Shown here: piece by piece, positions 31,996 through 33,669 of the stretch
Layout of the letters: each line of letters opens with the position of its first letter
How positions within the stretch are numbered: the stretch's first letter is position 1
Source: Macrostomum lignano
Lineage: Eukaryota
Direction: 5' to 3'
NCBI GenBank assembly: GCA_002269645.1
Contig: NIVC01004027.1
Coordinates: forward strand, 1-33,669
DNA: 33,669 nt
Made by a program: the position numbers and the translations under genes
The notes under the pieces: generated by a model
Told to the model about the DNA's origin: nothing
What the model saw: only the letters and a program-made list of their open reading frames with translations
Databases searched by the model: none

Positions 31996-32565
31996 TCAAT
32001 TTTCTGGGTGACATTGGGAGTGCTTTTCTGGTTTTCTGGGAGTGCTGATAAAACTGAAAAGTACTGTTCTGCACGCCAGCTAAATTAAAAAGTACAAAAA
32101 GCATTCTGCAAAAGCAAACCAAAACGCATCGCAGTAGAGAAAAACAAGTGGGGGGGGGTAGTTAGTCAGCTGATTAGTAGAAAATTTCTTGACAATACAG
32201 GTGTGTTCAACAAGCAGCAGCAGCAGCAGCAGAAGACACAAAACAACACAATTGCAGATCGATAAAGGGAAAAGAAAAAAGCAACCAAGCACAGAGAGAG
32301 ACTCAATGTCAGCTCAGAGAGGCGGGGAGAAGAAGTGGAGGCATCATAGCTAGTTAATTCACAAGCAGCCTAGCGCTTAAGCAAGGACATGGAGCCTCAG
32401 ATACAAATTCTGGAAAAGAAGCAGATTGGTACGCGGAGATGTAGGATACTTGAGACGGGGAGGAATTCTTAAGAGGAGAGGGCAGAAGCACTAGAAGCGA
32501 GGGCATGAATTCCTAAAATCTACAAGAATATGGAGGAGAAACTGCAACAGGATATATGGAGGAGA

Positions 32566-32835
32566 AAGCTCCAGGATACTCAAGCTCCAGGATACTCAAG
32601 CTCGAAACTTCTCAAGCTCCAGGATACTCAAGCTCGAAACTTCTCAAGCTCCAGGATACTCAAGCTCGAAACTTCTCAAGCTCCAGGATACTCAAGCTCG
32701 AAACTTCTCAAGCTCGAAACTTCTCAAACTCAAAACTTCTTAAGCTCCAGGATACTCAAGCTCGAAACTTCTCAAGCTCCAGGATACTCAAGCTCGAAAC
32801 TTCTCAAACCTGAAGCTTCTGAAACTCGAAACTTT
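32566..32835. repeat. Composite repeat of two 16-bp subunits, CTCAAGCTCCAGGATA and CTCAAGCTCGAAACTT
   Basis: Directly visible, about 55 nt inside the NOL10 donor site. Confidence 0.9.
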
Positions 32836-32891
32836 ACAACCTTGGAAATGTCACAATGAAGCAGAGGGTCAGAGAGCTGGCTGGCACAAAC

Positions 32892-33103
32892 CTCATTGTC
32901 CAATCGAGAGCAGAACTTCGGCGCCGGGCCCAGCTCAGGAATGAACAACGGCACAACCTCGGGCTGTTCGCAAGCCAGCATGAGCAGTCCGGAATTGGGA
33001 AGTGCAGCATGTGGTTGATGTTCACGCCTGGCTCCACGGCTGTGTAGGGGGAGCCGTCAGCCTGGTGCCACAGCTTGACGCACTTCGAATCGGAGCTGAT
33101 GAC
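32892..33103 (-). CDS. NOL10: NOL10 internal exon with apparent frameshift at 32997-32999; the gene continues beyond the window
   Basis: Acceptor TTTGCCCGCAG|GTC and donor GAG|GTTTGT. VISSDSKCVKLW..YTAVEP..IN..HFP[+C]NSGLLMLACE..FIPELGPAPKFCSRLDNE joins in phase 0 to VEEQERTETVLYD. The exon is 212 nt and needs 213. Confidence 0.88.
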
Positions 33104-33181
33104 CTGCGGGCAAATCAATTTCAATTTTTCATTCCAAGAAGTAAAAGTTTTGGAATCTTGCAGAGCAATTCACATCTTTAT

Positions 33182-33669
33182 AGAATCTCACCCAGAGATA
33201 CTCCGTTTTTCAGGTCTCACAGAATCTCACCCAGAGATACTCCGTTTTTCAGGTCTCACAGAATCTCACCCAGAGATACTCCGTTTTTCAGGTCTCACAG
33301 AATCTCACCCAGAGATACTCCGTTTTTCAGGTCTCACAGAATCTCACCCAGAGATACTCCGTTTTTCAGGTCTCACAGAATCTCACCCAGAGATACTCCG
33401 TTTTTCAGGTCTCACAGAATCTCACCCAGAAATACTCAGTTTTTCAGGTCTCACAGAATCTCACCCAGATACTCCGTTTTTCAGGTCTCACAGAATCTCA
33501 CCCAGAGATACTCCGTTTTTCAGGTCTCACAGAATCTCACCCAGAAATACTCCGTTTTTCAGGTCTCACAGAATCTCACCCAGAAATACTCCGTTTTCAG
33601 GTCTCACAGAATCTCACCCAGAGATACTCCGTTTTTCAGGTCTCACAGAATCTGACCCAGAGATACTCC
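33182..33669. repeat. 39-bp intronic minisatellite (AGAATCTCACCCAGAGATACTCCGTTTTTCAGGTCTCAC)n, more than 12 copies, runs off the window
   Basis: Directly visible. It explains ORF 33002..33655. Confidence 0.96.

Noticed and set aside
30814-32088. 424-aa ATG ORF (GSTLILLQCH repeats) antisense in the NOL10 intron
   Set aside because: It is entirely satellite-derived. The 33/30-bp units keep frame, but a stop-free unit does this trivially, and there is no independent evidence of coding.
33002-33655. 217-aa ORF with SHRISPRDTPFFR repeats
   Set aside because: It is a translation of the 39-bp satellite plus the antisense of a NOL10 exon.
1-33669. SL RNA, tRNA, rRNA or snRNA genes
   Set aside because: No cloverleaf, rRNA-like or leader-like sequence was recognised by eye. 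A covariance-model scan would be needed to exclude snoRNAs.

Overview
Eukaryotic (metazoan) genomic DNA. GC-rich, mostly intron-poor housekeeping genes alternate with AT-rich or minisatellite-filled spacers. The architecture and the Ala/Gly-rich coding style are reminiscent of the flatworm Macrostomum lignano, but this is inference and not confirmed. Eight protein-coding genes are recognisable: on + an SLC3A2/4F2hc-like heavy chain, HSPBP1 and a universal stress protein; on - TAF3, SERGEF (RCC1 propeller, 2 exons), SURF6, the last two exons of NOL10, and NDUFAF2. There is a decayed non-LTR retrotransposon 3' end at the left edge and about 14 distinct tandem arrays, usually a different one in each spacer or intron. 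Five reading-frame breaks (SLC3, SURF6, TAF3 x2, NOL10) are all repaired by one extra base at a C/G run and are most likely long-read consensus errors. The most interesting signals are: (i) SERGEF has no in-frame ATG before its first conserved motif and opens in phase at a splice acceptor, compatible with initiation on a spliced-leader AUG; (ii) an in-frame 24-bp array inserts about 150 Ser/Thr-rich residues into the SERGEF propeller; (iii) a perfect RFX X-box beside an array of about 23 ETS motifs at the TAF3 3' end; (iv) co-directional gene runs with acceptor-like sites, consistent with trans-spliced operons. No tRNA, rRNA or CRISPR was recognised.
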